DNA of 32,066 nt from a virus. Taxonomy: Duplodnaviria; Caudoviricetes. The notes beneath the pieces were generated by a model. The model was given only the letters and a program-made list of their open reading frames with translations, searched no databases and was not told where the DNA came from. The DNA lies in IMG/VR virus record IMGVR_UViG_3300031227_000246, positions 1 to 32,066 of that record. One strand, 5' to 3'. The position numbers and the translations under genes are program-made. Shown here one piece after another: positions 1 through 6,947 of this stretch (within the stretch, counting starts at the first letter, position 1; each line of letters opens with the position of its first letter).

Positions 1-101
1 AACTCTTTCAGCCGATGTTGCCGCCCGACCCGTTGGGGCCCGTGTAGCAGTAGGTGAATCTTGGTGATGGTGCCTGCGAGTTGGCTTTCAGTTTGGGTCA
101 T
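1..101 (-). CDS. Hypothetical protein, N-terminal fragment (runs off window)
   Basis: ATG at 101-99 overlaps the stop of the upstream ORF and has an AAGGAG SD. Reads MTQTESQLAGTITKIHLLLHGPQ... open to the window edge. Confidence 0.55.
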   Translation of the reverse strand, partial: MTQTESQLAGTITKIHLLLHGPQRVGRQHRLKE

Positions 102-301
102 GCCGGCTCCTTCTTTCCCGTTGGAAACTGGGCGGCGTGTTCCCTGGCGATGAGCGCAGCCACGGTAGCCGACTCATCTTGGCCGTATAGGTGGCACAGG
201 TCGGTCAGCTGGTGGTGTGTGGCGTAGTCGATGCGCAGGCGCATGGCAGCGGCGGCGGGGCGGGCGGGATCGCATTTGCATGTGTAGCCATTTGGTAGCA
301 T
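98..301 (-). CDS. Small DNA-binding protein, ribbon-helix-helix-like
   Basis: Beta-helix-helix pattern MRLRIDYATHHQLTDLCHLYGQDESATVAALIARE. Overlaps both neighbouring genes. Confidence 0.5.
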   Translation of the reverse strand: MLPNGYTCKCDPARPAAAAMRLRIDYATHHQLTDLCHLYGQDESATVAALIAREHAAQFPTGKKEPA

Positions 302-1077
302 TAGTCACCCTCCTTCTGATGTGGCGTGGTGAACCCGGCAGGCCAGGCAGTGGTGATGTCCCAGTTGGCCCCGTACAGGTTGGCGTCGGACAGGTCAGCC
401 CCGAACAGGTTGGCCCTGCGCAGGTTGGCGTCGGACAGGTTGGCCCCGAACAGGTCAGCCCTGCGCAGGTCGGCCCCGCACAGGTTGGCCCTGCGCAGGT
501 CGGCCTTGCTCAGGTCGGCCCCGCACAGGTTGGCCTTGCTCAGGTCGGCCCCGCACAGGTTGGCCCCGAACAGGTCAGCCCCGCACAGGTTGGCCCTGCG
601 CAGGTTGGCGTCGGACAGGTCAGCCCCGCACAGGTTGGCCCTGCGCAGGTTGGCGTCGGACAGGTTGGCCCCGAACAGGTCAGCCCTGCGCAGGTCGGCC
701 CCGCACAGGTTGGCCTTGCTCAGGTCGGCCCCGCACAGGTTGGCCCCGCACAGGTTGGCCCCGAACAGGTTGGCCTTGCTCAGGTCGGCCCCGCACAGGT
801 TGGCCCCGAACAGGTCAGCCCCGCACAGGTCGGCCCCGCACAGGTTGGCGTCGGACAGGTTGGCCCTGATTCGGGCCGGCAGGATGCCCTCTGCGATGGC
901 CCAGCCCACTTCCGCTTTGAGCCAGGATCCGAGGATTTGCTGCCACAGTGCGTTGGCTTCCTTGTTGGTTCCCCACAGGGGACTGATATCCAACCCGTCG
1001 GGGTAGTCGGTGGCGAAGTGGTCAACCTCCGACTCGCACGCGTTGAACCTTGCCAATACCTCAGTTGTGATTTTCAT
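301..1077 (-). CDS. Pentapeptide repeat protein
   Basis: About 35 tandem A(N/D)Lxx units (ANLCG, ADLFG, ADLSK, ANLRR) after a ~70 aa N-terminal domain. GGAAGG SD upstream of the ATG. Confidence 0.95.
   Translation of the reverse strand: MKITTEVLARFNACESEVDHFATDYPDGLDISPLWGTNKEANALWQQILGSWLKAEVGWAIAEGILPARIRANLSDANLCGADLCGADLFGANLCGADLSKANLFGANLCGANLCGADLSKANLCGADLRRADLFGANLSDANLRRANLCGADLSDANLRRANLCGADLFGANLCGADLSKANLCGADLSKADLRRANLCGADLRRADLFGANLSDANLRRANLFGADLSDANLYGANWDITTAWPAGFTTPHQKEGD
362..870. repeat. 15-bp-period coding tandem repeat of the pentapeptide protein
   Basis: Recurrent caggt(t/c)(g/a)gc core every 15 bp, with larger duplicated blocks. Confidence 0.95.
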
Positions 1078-1130
1078 TTCTTACCTTCCACTCTCCCATT
1101 ATCTATTCCTCGTTGGCGATCATCATCATA

Positions 1131-1526
1131 TCATTCACTCACCTTCGTGCTCACGATGTAGTCCACCCAGTTGACCACCCGGTCTGGCGTGAACCTCCAG
1201 CTATTGTCAGGGAGCAGGAGGAAGTAACCCTGCTCCCCTCCCGGCTCAATGCCCTTATAGTCCGGGTAGTTGGGGCGCTGAGTGCCGGGGCTGTCTGGAA
1301 AGCTGCTGCTTGCCCATGCCTCCGCACGGTTCTTGGCGTTGGTCAATGTCTGGACGTCGGCCTCGTATGCGGCCTTGTCCCACGCCCAGAATGTCAGGGG
1401 CGGGTAGGGGAATGTCAGGGGGCCGTCTTCGCGATCATACGCGATGCCGCACGAGGCCCAACTGATGGTTAATTCCTCGTGGGTGGCGGCGAACGCGGTG
1501 TATTCTTCGATTTGCGTGGTAGTCAT
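1131..1526 (-). CDS. Hypothetical protein
   Basis: 131 aa ORF coupled (TAATG overlap) to the upstream RHH gene. Confidence 0.7.
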   Translation of the reverse strand: MTTTQIEEYTAFAATHEELTISWASCGIAYDREDGPLTFPYPPLTFWAWDKAAYEADVQTLTNAKNRAEAWASSSFPDSPGTQRPNYPDYKGIEPGGEQGYFLLLPDNSWRFTPDRVVNWVDYIVSTKVSE

Positions 1527-1723
1527 TACTCACCATCCTTTCCGGGGGCAGGGTCGGCGTTGCGCTCCAGGTACTCGGTAACAATGGCGTCTACAAACCT
1601 GTATAGGCTGGTTCCTGCCATTGTTGCCGCCAACTTGGCGCGCTTGTGGGTCTCTGGTCGCACCGGCAATAGCCCGTATGGTCGCTTTGTTTTCTGCACT
1701 GAGTGTACCCCCTTTTCTATCAT
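1526..1723 (-). CDS. Ribbon-helix-helix (Arc/CopG-like) regulator
   Basis: LLPVRPETHKRAKLAATMAGTSLYRFVDAIVTEYLER fits the RHH pattern. Start is either the ATG at 1723 (leaderless) or the GTG 8 codons later after an AAGGGG SD. Confidence 0.75.
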   Translation of the reverse strand: MIEKGVHSVQKTKRPYGLLPVRPETHKRAKLAATMAGTSLYRFVDAIVTEYLERNADPAPGKDGE

Positions 1724-1729
1724 GGCCCC

Positions 1730-1758
1730 ATTATGACATATTTCTAAAGATTTGTCAA
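1730..1758 (-). promoter_or_regulatory. sigma70-type promoter TTGACA-17-CATAAT with extended -10 TG
   Basis: Minus strand reads TTGACA aatctttagaaatatgt CATAAT. Predicted +1 is near 1723. Confidence 0.8.
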
Positions 1759-1885
1759 GGGCCAGAAAGCAGATGCAGAGATGCGCTAGAATTTTAATCT
1801 AGGACCAAATTGGTCCGATTCAAGTATCACATTGACCCCAAAATGATAGTAGCGCGGGCGTTGGTATCATCAACGACCCTATGGT

Positions 1886-1920
1886 AACAAAACTGCCCCG
1901 CGTGTGAGGCGGGGCAGTTT
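1886..1920 (-). terminator. Intrinsic terminator (possibly bidirectional)
   Basis: 12-bp perfect inverted repeat AAACTGCCCCGC/GCGGGGCAGTTT with a 7-nt loop and a TTTTGTT tail on the minus strand, right after the stop at 1921. Confidence 0.8.
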
Positions 1921-2178
1921 CTATTCGGTTGTCCACTTGACATCGGTGCTGAACTCCTCGCCGTCATTGGCGGCGAGTTGGTCCAGATTCCACACATCAC
2001 CAATGGTGGCGAATGTGTAATCGCCATCATGCCCCACTTGCCAGCATGATGAGCAAGACTGAGCCTCTACAACCTCCGCTTTGTTATTCCCCAGGCAACG
2101 CAGGATTGCATAGTTCTGGCAGCCATGGGTATTTGGGGTCGCGCTGACCCCGATCAGGTCTCCTGTTTTTGCATTCAT
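1921..2178 (-). CDS. Hypothetical protein (Cys-containing)
   Basis: ATG 2178 has an AGAAGGG SD. Reads MNAKTGDLIGV..., with a CSSC motif, and is followed by a terminator. Confidence 0.65.
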   Translation of the reverse strand: MNAKTGDLIGVSATPNTHGCQNYAILRCLGNNKAEVVEAQSCSSCWQVGHDGDYTFATIGDVWNLDQLAANDGEEFSTDVKWTTE

Positions 2179-2345
2179 CGTGTTTTCCCTTCTGCCAGCC
2201 CCCACCCCGACTGGCCTTGTATGGCTACCGCATGTAGCCTCCCCCGTACACTCTCGCAGCGGTGCCCACGGACACTGGCTCTATTTGTTGAGCGCCGATG
2301 TCAGGCGCTACCCGCTTGTGAGGCGGGGCGTTTTCTATTCGGCTG

Positions 2346-2786
2346 CTAACCAGCCTCGATGTTCCAAGGCTGGTTAGTCCAGACTTTCTCTACGATGTCC
2401 TCAACCCAGGGCACCTCCTGGCCTGCTGTGTCACCGTCGATTTCTACCCGGTCGTTAAGACCATGGCTGACGGTGATGTCGGCATCGGGGTAGGCGTCCA
2501 CCAGGAAGTTCTCCAGGTGCTCGGCAAATGCGGCGGCGCTGGCGGCAGTGTCGTAGCCGTTCGCGTCGGGGTCAGTATCGCCCCACAGACCTGCGTCGGA
2601 AAACTTAACTTCGATGGCTAACTTGTCCTTGTCCATGTCTTGCGCTCCTGTCATGTTTCGTTCCAGCAGCGCCAATCCTGCCCTGGTCGCTGCGCTGGTG
2701 CCCAGCCCGTAGTCGGCCTTGAGCCGGGCGAGGCGTTCGCGGTCGTCATCGAGTAGATAAATTGTGGTTCTTGTTGTTTCGCTCAT
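2346..2786 (-). CDS. RHH-like N-terminal domain fused to an acidic domain of unknown function
   Basis: RTTIYLLDDDRERLARLKADYGLGTSAATRAGLALLE is CopG-like. AAAGGA SD upstream, and an internal AGGAG...ATG at 2636. Confidence 0.7.
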   Translation of the reverse strand: MSETTRTTIYLLDDDRERLARLKADYGLGTSAATRAGLALLERNMTGAQDMDKDKLAIEVKFSDAGLWGDTDPDANGYDTAASAAAFAEHLENFLVDAYPDADITVSHGLNDRVEIDGDTAGQEVPWVEDIVEKVWTNQPWNIEAG

Positions 2787-2812
2787 AGTTTCCTTTCGCC
2801 GGGGCGATTTGG

Positions 2813-3001
2813 TTAGCTGTTGAGCACGTTGTCATGGAAGTCGGCCCATTCCAGGCGGCGGTCCTGCTCTGCCCGGTCCCTGGCGGCTTCCTCGGCAACG
2901 GTGTCGCTGCACTCTTGGCAGAAAACACCCAGTGCCTTGCCGTGACTGCACTCGAACATCTTGGCGAATGTGGCGTCCAGTGTTGATTTTTTCTCAGACA
3001 T
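2813..3001 (-). CDS. Small hypothetical protein with CxH...CxxC motif
   Basis: AAGGAGAG SD. FECSHGKALGVFCQEC is a possible Zn site. Confidence 0.65.
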   Translation of the reverse strand: MSEKKSTLDATFAKMFECSHGKALGVFCQECSDTVAEEAARDRAEQDRRLEWADFHDNVLNS

Positions 3002-3023
3002 GATTCTCTCCTTTGTCTTTTGT

Positions 3024-3052
3024 GTTTGCCCTCCAGCCCGGCCACGATTGGC
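3024..3052 (-). repeat. 29-bp leader repeat, copy 1
   Basis: GTTTGCCCTCCAGCCCGGCCACGATTGGC, identical to 3407-3435 and just upstream of the SD of a minus-strand gene. Confidence 0.9.
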
Positions 3053-3164
3053 GCGCTGGCGGTTTCGGCTCTAATGTCCGCATCCGAGGGAGTTGCACTC
3101 TCGGCGTCGCCAATCTCTGGCTGCGGGCATCAGGGCCGAAGCCCTGAGTCGTGCTATTCGATTG

Positions 3165-3386
3165 TTAGCGTCCAAGTTGCTGTTTGAGGTTTCGCATATC
3201 TGTGCCCCACATCAGGCCTAGCATTTCTCGGAACGAGGCTTTCATGGTATAGCGGCCATTTCCGCTCAACATGCGGTATTCAATTCGACCGTCATCCAGA
3301 ATGACCGCTTCTGCCTGCTTCTGTATGGCGACCTCTGACCTTTGCAGGGCCTTGTTTATCAGGTTGGCCTTTTCTATCTTTGTCAT
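3165..3386 (-). CDS. Hypothetical protein (first gene of the leftward unit)
   Basis: ATG 3386 (MTKIEKANLIN...) with a GGGGGAG SD. Confidence 0.7.
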   Translation of the reverse strand: MTKIEKANLINKALQRSEVAIQKQAEAVILDDGRIEYRMLSGNGRYTMKASFREMLGLMWGTDMRNLKQQLGR

Positions 3387-3406
3387 TTTCCACTCTCCCC
3401 CTTTTC

Positions 3407-3435
3407 GTTTGCCCTCCAGCCCGGCCACGATTGGC
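3407..3435 (-). repeat. 29-bp leader repeat, copy 2
   Basis: Identical to 3024-3052. Confidence 0.9.
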
Positions 3436-3598
3436 CCCCGACTCGGGTCTTGACTCCTCGGGTGTAATCCGCTGGTTTCTGCTATTAGCCTCTGGCGTCT
3501 GGTTCTGGGGGGCGGCTGCGCTCGTCGCTTGCCGGGTCCGTCTATTTGGTTCGTTCTGCCTTGGCTCTTTTGTTTTTAATGTCCCTCAATCTGGTTAT

Positions 3599-3627
3599 AT
3601 TATACCATACAATGTATGCTTTGTCAA
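3599..3627 (-). promoter_or_regulatory. Consensus sigma70 promoter TTGACA-17-TATAAT (extended -10) with an operator-like palindrome in the spacer
   Basis: Minus strand reads TTGACA aagcatacattgtatgg TATAAT. Palindrome CATACA-A-TGTATG at 3606-3618. Confidence 0.9.
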
Positions 3628-3754
3628 GGGGTTTAGGTTAAAGATAGATTAAATTTATGTTAAAATTTACGCCTGGGGGATAGATTGAACCGTTACCAAT
3701 CCTACGCCATCCCCACGCTTGCCCCACGCTGCCCTGTTTCGTGCTTTGTGGGAC

Positions 3755-3783
3755 TTGACAGGGATTAGAAACGGGTGTATAAT
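3755..3783 (+). promoter_or_regulatory. Consensus sigma70 promoter TTGACA-17-TATAAT
   Basis: TTGACA gggattagaaacgggtg TATAAT, followed by a GGAG SD and ATG at 3800. Confidence 0.9.
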
Positions 3784-3799
3784 CCAACTAGGAGTATCT

Positions 3800-4036
3800 A
3801 TGCCACCAATTGACAGGGTCCCAATGCTGCCGCAGGGAACCATACCCCAGCGCGCCGACCCTCGCTATCACAACAGTGAGCGGTGGCATTCTGTCTGGAC
3901 TGGAAACATCGGTATCGCCCGCCCTCCCAAACGGCGCGATCAAATCGGACGCGCTGAATGGATGGTACAGATGTTCGGGGATGACTGGGAAACAAACGGG
4001 CGCGTTGCCCGGTGTCGTACATTGGGGGTAGTATGA
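3800..4036 (+). CDS. Hypothetical protein
   Basis: AGGAG SD directly after the promoter. The stop overlaps (ATGA) the holin start. Confidence 0.6.
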   Translation: MPPIDRVPMLPQGTIPQRADPRYHNSERWHSVWTGNIGIARPPKRRDQIGRAEWMVQMFGDDWETNGRVARCRTLGVV

Positions 4037-4308
4037 GCGGAGAATATGCAGTCGCGGGTGTGTCACTAATCCTGCTGGTGGTCGGCATTGTCGAGGCCGC
4101 CAAGCGGTTTGGAGTAGAGGGAGACGCCAGCTTTGCGCTGGCCCTGGCTCTGGGCGTGGTGTTTGGTGGTCTGTACGCAGCGTTTAACCTCAAGCTGATT
4201 CCATCGCCAATATCAGACTGGATCGAGGTGGTCGTATTTAGCCTGTCGTTCGCATTGGCAGCCACGGGTCTGTACGACCTGGGCAAGCAGTTTCGAGTAG
4301 ACGGGTAG
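4033..4308 (+). CDS. Holin-like membrane protein
   Basis: Three hydrophobic segments plus VEAAKR and a C-terminal ALAATGLYDLGK, typical of small phage holins. Confidence 0.7.
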   Translation: MSGEYAVAGVSLILLVVGIVEAAKRFGVEGDASFALALALGVVFGGLYAAFNLKLIPSPISDWIEVVVFSLSFALAATGLYDLGKQFRVDG

Positions 4309-4313
4309 AACCT

Positions 4314-4343
4314 GGCGGCGCGTGGGCGCCGCCTTTTTGTGTT
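4314..4343 (+). terminator. Intrinsic terminator-like hairpin
   Basis: GGCGGCGC-gtgg-GCGCCGCC followed by TTTTTGTGTT. Confidence 0.7.
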
Positions 4344-4355
4344 GGGGGTGAGTGC

Positions 4356-4562
4356 ATGAAAAAGCGTGAGCTAGAACGGCGCGTCGCTAAACTAGAGCGA
4401 GAAGTCGAAGAGTTGAGGTTAGTGCGGGACTATTGGCCGGTCTATCCTTGCCCCCCCCACCCATCGTATCCGTATCCGCAACAACCAGCGTGGAGAATAC
4501 ACTGGGGCGATACCACCTGGTCGCCGACCGACTATACAGCAACTTCTTCTGGCGGCGCGTAG
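4356..4562 (+). CDS. Hypothetical protein (coiled coil plus Pro/Tyr-rich tail)
   Basis: LERRVAKLEREVEELR heptads followed by PVYPCPPHPSYPYP. GGGGG SD. Confidence 0.65.
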   Translation: MKKRELERRVAKLEREVEELRLVRDYWPVYPCPPHPSYPYPQQPAWRIHWGDTTWSPTDYTATSSGGA

Positions 4563-4590
4563 ACACCGTCGCCTTTTGTGTTGGGGGATC

Positions 4591-4809
4591 ATGACAGACG
4601 AAACGGGAAACGGCAGGCTGTTAGCGCGGGTGGATGAAAGGACGAAAAGCATCGAAGACAAGCTGGATTTATATTGCGGTGAGTTCAACAAAAAAGCGGA
4701 CGATCACGAGGCCAGGTTGCGCAGCCTGGAGGGCGATAAATGGTTGCGTAACGGGCTGGCTGCCGTTATTGGTGGCGTCGGCGGGTTTATTGCAGGGCTG
4801 ACAAACTGA
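4591..4809 (+). CDS. Coiled-coil protein with C-terminal TM helix (XhlA/holin-accessory-like)
   Basis: LLARVDERTKSIEDKLD...HEARLRSLE then the hydrophobic segment GLAAVIGGVGGFIAGL. Confidence 0.6.
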   Translation: MTDETGNGRLLARVDERTKSIEDKLDLYCGEFNKKADDHEARLRSLEGDKWLRNGLAAVIGGVGGFIAGLTN

Positions 4810-4891
4810 CCGATGACTGATTTGCCATCGGTAGAGGCGGGCATGTGGCCAGCGCACGGGCGGGGGCGCTGCGCGTAGTTCGCACATTACT

Positions 4892-5752
4892 ATGCTAAGA
4901 CGAACCAAGAGACAGCAGCCGGTTCTGGTCGTGCATTTTGGCGACATGCACATAGGCGGGAGTACGGCCCTGTGCCCACCCGAGGTCCGACTTGATGACG
5001 GGGGAACGCACACCCCCTCGGCACTGGGCCTGTGGTATTGGGAGTGCTGGCAGCGATTCTGGCAGGACACCGCCGAACTCAAGAAAAAGCACAGGGCCCG
5101 GTGCGTTGGCATTTGCGGCGGGGATGAGCGGGACGGCGATCACCACGGAACCACGCAGCTCTGGGCCGCCAACGAGAATGACCAGACACGAGCGGTGTAC
5201 CAGGTGTTGGACATTGCCAAGCCGGTCATTGACGAATGGGTATTCATTCGCGGGACACCTGCACACGACGGGCCAGCCTCGGCAGCAACCGAACAATACG
5301 CCGAACACATGGCGGGGAATGGGTGCCAGGTACGGCAAAACGGGGACTTGTTCTCGTGGTGGATCTGGACGGGCGAGCTGGGCGGTGTCCGATTTGAGGT
5401 AGCCCACGCGCCAGGTACAAAATCCTGGGTGCCACACACGCGGGGAATCGCTGCAGCCCGCCACGCCTCTTACACCTGGCACGAGTACATGGAAAGCGGG
5501 ATCGAGCCGCCCGACGTGGTTGTTCGGCACCACATCCATTATCAGGCCGGACCGGGCTGTCACTGTGACACATGCTGCTATTTTATCCCGGCATGGCAGG
5601 CGGCAACGAATTGGGTCAAAAGCGGGGGCATCAAGTCGGCCACAGTCTCGGCATTTCGACCGGGGGGATTGCGCATTTTGTGCGACAACGGAGCGTATCA
5701 ACATTTCTGGAAACTGTATCAGCCACCGTCGAGGGTCGCGTGGGCGAAGTAG
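4892..5752 (+). CDS. Calcineurin-like metallophosphoesterase
   Basis: Motifs GDMHIG, GGDERDG, RGTPAHD (GNHD variant), VAH and RHHIH. Confidence 0.85.
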   Translation: MLRRTKRQQPVLVVHFGDMHIGGSTALCPPEVRLDDGGTHTPSALGLWYWECWQRFWQDTAELKKKHRARCVGICGGDERDGDHHGTTQLWAANENDQTRAVYQVLDIAKPVIDEWVFIRGTPAHDGPASAATEQYAEHMAGNGCQVRQNGDLFSWWIWTGELGGVRFEVAHAPGTKSWVPHTRGIAAARHASYTWHEYMESGIEPPDVVVRHHIHYQAGPGCHCDTCCYFIPAWQAATNWVKSGGIKSATVSAFRPGGLRILCDNGAYQHFWKLYQPPSRVAWAK

Positions 5753-6006
5753 AAACAGTGGGCGAGTTGACGGACGCGGATTTGCGCCAGTCGATTCTAG
5801 CCGAGTTGGTAGAGCTGGCTGGGGTTCGAATGCGGCAACCGTGTGATTTTACCATTGCCGACTTCTCGGAGGCGTCGGGCCTGAGTGACCAGACAGCACG
5901 GCGCAGGCTGGCGACGTTGAAGGGCCAGGGCATCATTGACAGCGCGCATACTATTGAGAATGGCCGGCAGGTGCGCGTTTATTGGAAGGTTGACGATGCC
6001 TGTTGA
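5740..6006 (+). CDS. Winged HTH DNA-binding protein
   Basis: FTIADFSEASGLSDQTARRRLATLKGQGII...VRVYW. GTG start after GAGGG. Confidence 0.75.
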   Translation: MGEVETVGELTDADLRQSILAELVELAGVRMRQPCDFTIADFSEASGLSDQTARRRLATLKGQGIIDSAHTIENGRQVRVYWKVDDAC

Positions 6007-6148
6007 AAACATCAAATTTGAGGACTGGATGGCTGGGCAGAAATGGGGCTTCTGGTATTATTGGTACAGCATTACATGGTACTGGCCCTGGCGGGTGCGG
6101 TACTGGCTGATGGACAGGCTGGGCAATAATGCCCACACTTCTGAGTAG
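5996..6148 (+). CDS. Small Trp/Tyr-rich hypothetical protein
   Basis: MPVENIKFEDWMAGQKWGFWYYWYSITWYWPWRVRYW..., with a GGAAGG SD. Confidence 0.5.
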   Translation: MPVENIKFEDWMAGQKWGFWYYWYSITWYWPWRVRYWLMDRLGNNAHTSE

Positions 6149-6305
6149 GTGTAGACGTTTTGTAACACACGATGACTAGAGCCAGAAAGGGGCGAGCGAT
6201 GGAAGAGGGATGGAATGTGCCACTATAGCAGAGCCTGGGTGGTTGGGCGAATTGGTTGCCACGTTGCCTAAGCAAGTCGAACTCATCCAACGGAAGTTTT
6301 GACGT

Positions 6306-6379
6306 GGTGGCCGGAGCCAGATGGACGCGGCAGCAGACTGTGAATCTGTGTATCGCGGGTTCGAATCCCGCCGGCGGCC
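6306..6379 (+). tRNA. tRNA-His (GUG)
   Basis: G-1:C73 pair; acceptor GTGGCCG/CGGCGGC (one mismatch); anticodon arm GCAGA-CTGTGAA-TCTGT; T arm GCGGG-TTCGAAT-CCCGC. CCA is not encoded. Confidence 0.85.
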
Positions 6380-6425
6380 CTAGTAGGTGTGCTCTGTCCT
6401 TACGAGAGGGATGCTCTATCCATCC

Positions 6426-6496
6426 GACCGCATGGTGTAATGGTAGCAAACTAGACTGTCGATCTGGAGGCGCGGGTTCGATTCCCGCTGTGGTCG
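6426..6496 (+). tRNA. tRNA-Asp (GUC)
   Basis: Acceptor GACCGCA/TGTGGTC with G73; anticodon arm CTAGA-CTGTCGA-TCTGG; T arm GCGGG-TTCGATT-CCCGC. CCA is not encoded. Confidence 0.88.
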
Positions 6497-6568
6497 CTGT
6501 GTCTGATCCGGTAACATCGCCGGGGTAGGGTGCCTTGGGGTCGGTGATGACGGCCCCTATTACAACCT

Positions 6569-6669
6569 GACAGCGTGTAGAAGTCGCAATGCGTCTTCTG
6601 GAAGGCCAATAGTCGGGAGCCGGTGGGGGTGGGCGAGCCGGCACGCGCTGTCCAGTCTCCTTCGGGAGA
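6569..6669 (+). ncRNA. Candidate structured RNA downstream of the tRNAs
   Basis: A 10-bp closing helix 6569-6578/6643-6652 encloses hairpins AGAAG/CTTCT and GCCGGT/GCCGGC. A TCTCC-TTCG-GGAGA tetraloop hairpin follows. Confidence 0.35.
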
Positions 6670-6743
6670 ACTCTCTCCTTTCTAAGCCCGGCTCGGGGGG
6701 CGCCTCGGGCCGGGTGAAAGGGGGAGGGGAAAGGTGGAGGAGG

Positions 6744-6947
6744 ATGAATCCAGACGAGAGATGTCCTGAGTGCTCGGGCGAGGTGGTAGCGGTCATAACC
6801 CATGTGCGATTGCCGTGTCATGCATCGCCATTCGCAGCGATGAAGATTGCCTGTTGTTGCGATTGTGGCTGGATGACGGTCAAGGATTGGGATCGGGCGC
6901 CAATTGCCAGCGCCCTTGCATATCCGGTTGAGGGTATATGTGAATGA
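6744..6947 (+). CDS. Small zinc-ribbon protein
   Basis: CPEC...CCDCGW with a strong GGAGGAGG SD and an ATGA overlap with the next gene. Confidence 0.7.
   Translation: MNPDERCPECSGEVVAVITHVRLPCHASPFAAMKIACCCDCGWMTVKDWDRAPIASALAYPVEGICE

Noticed and set aside
362-870. Possible CRISPR array or diversity-generating repeat
   Set aside because: 15-bp period with no unique spacers; fully explained by the coding repeat. No cas or reverse transcriptase gene in the window.
217-1161. Plus-strand repetitive ORFs (QVGPA and RLA/RSAP repeats)
   Set aside because: Antisense shadows of the minus-strand pentapeptide repeat, which matches a known family and has an SD.
4033-5752. Complete lysis cassette
   Set aside because: Holin-like genes are present but no endolysin motif was recognised. 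The adjacent enzyme is a metallophosphoesterase.
6236-6289. tRNA-like 5' end (GGGTGGTTGGGCGAATTGG...) ending in CCA
   Set aside because: Only ~53 nt, with no T arm or proper anticodon loop. It folds better as an irregular hairpin and is at most a remnant or processing element.
6306-6496. tRNAs as attP/attL integration site
   Set aside because: No integrase, duplicated tRNA 3' end or host-phage boundary is seen; phage genes continue on both sides.
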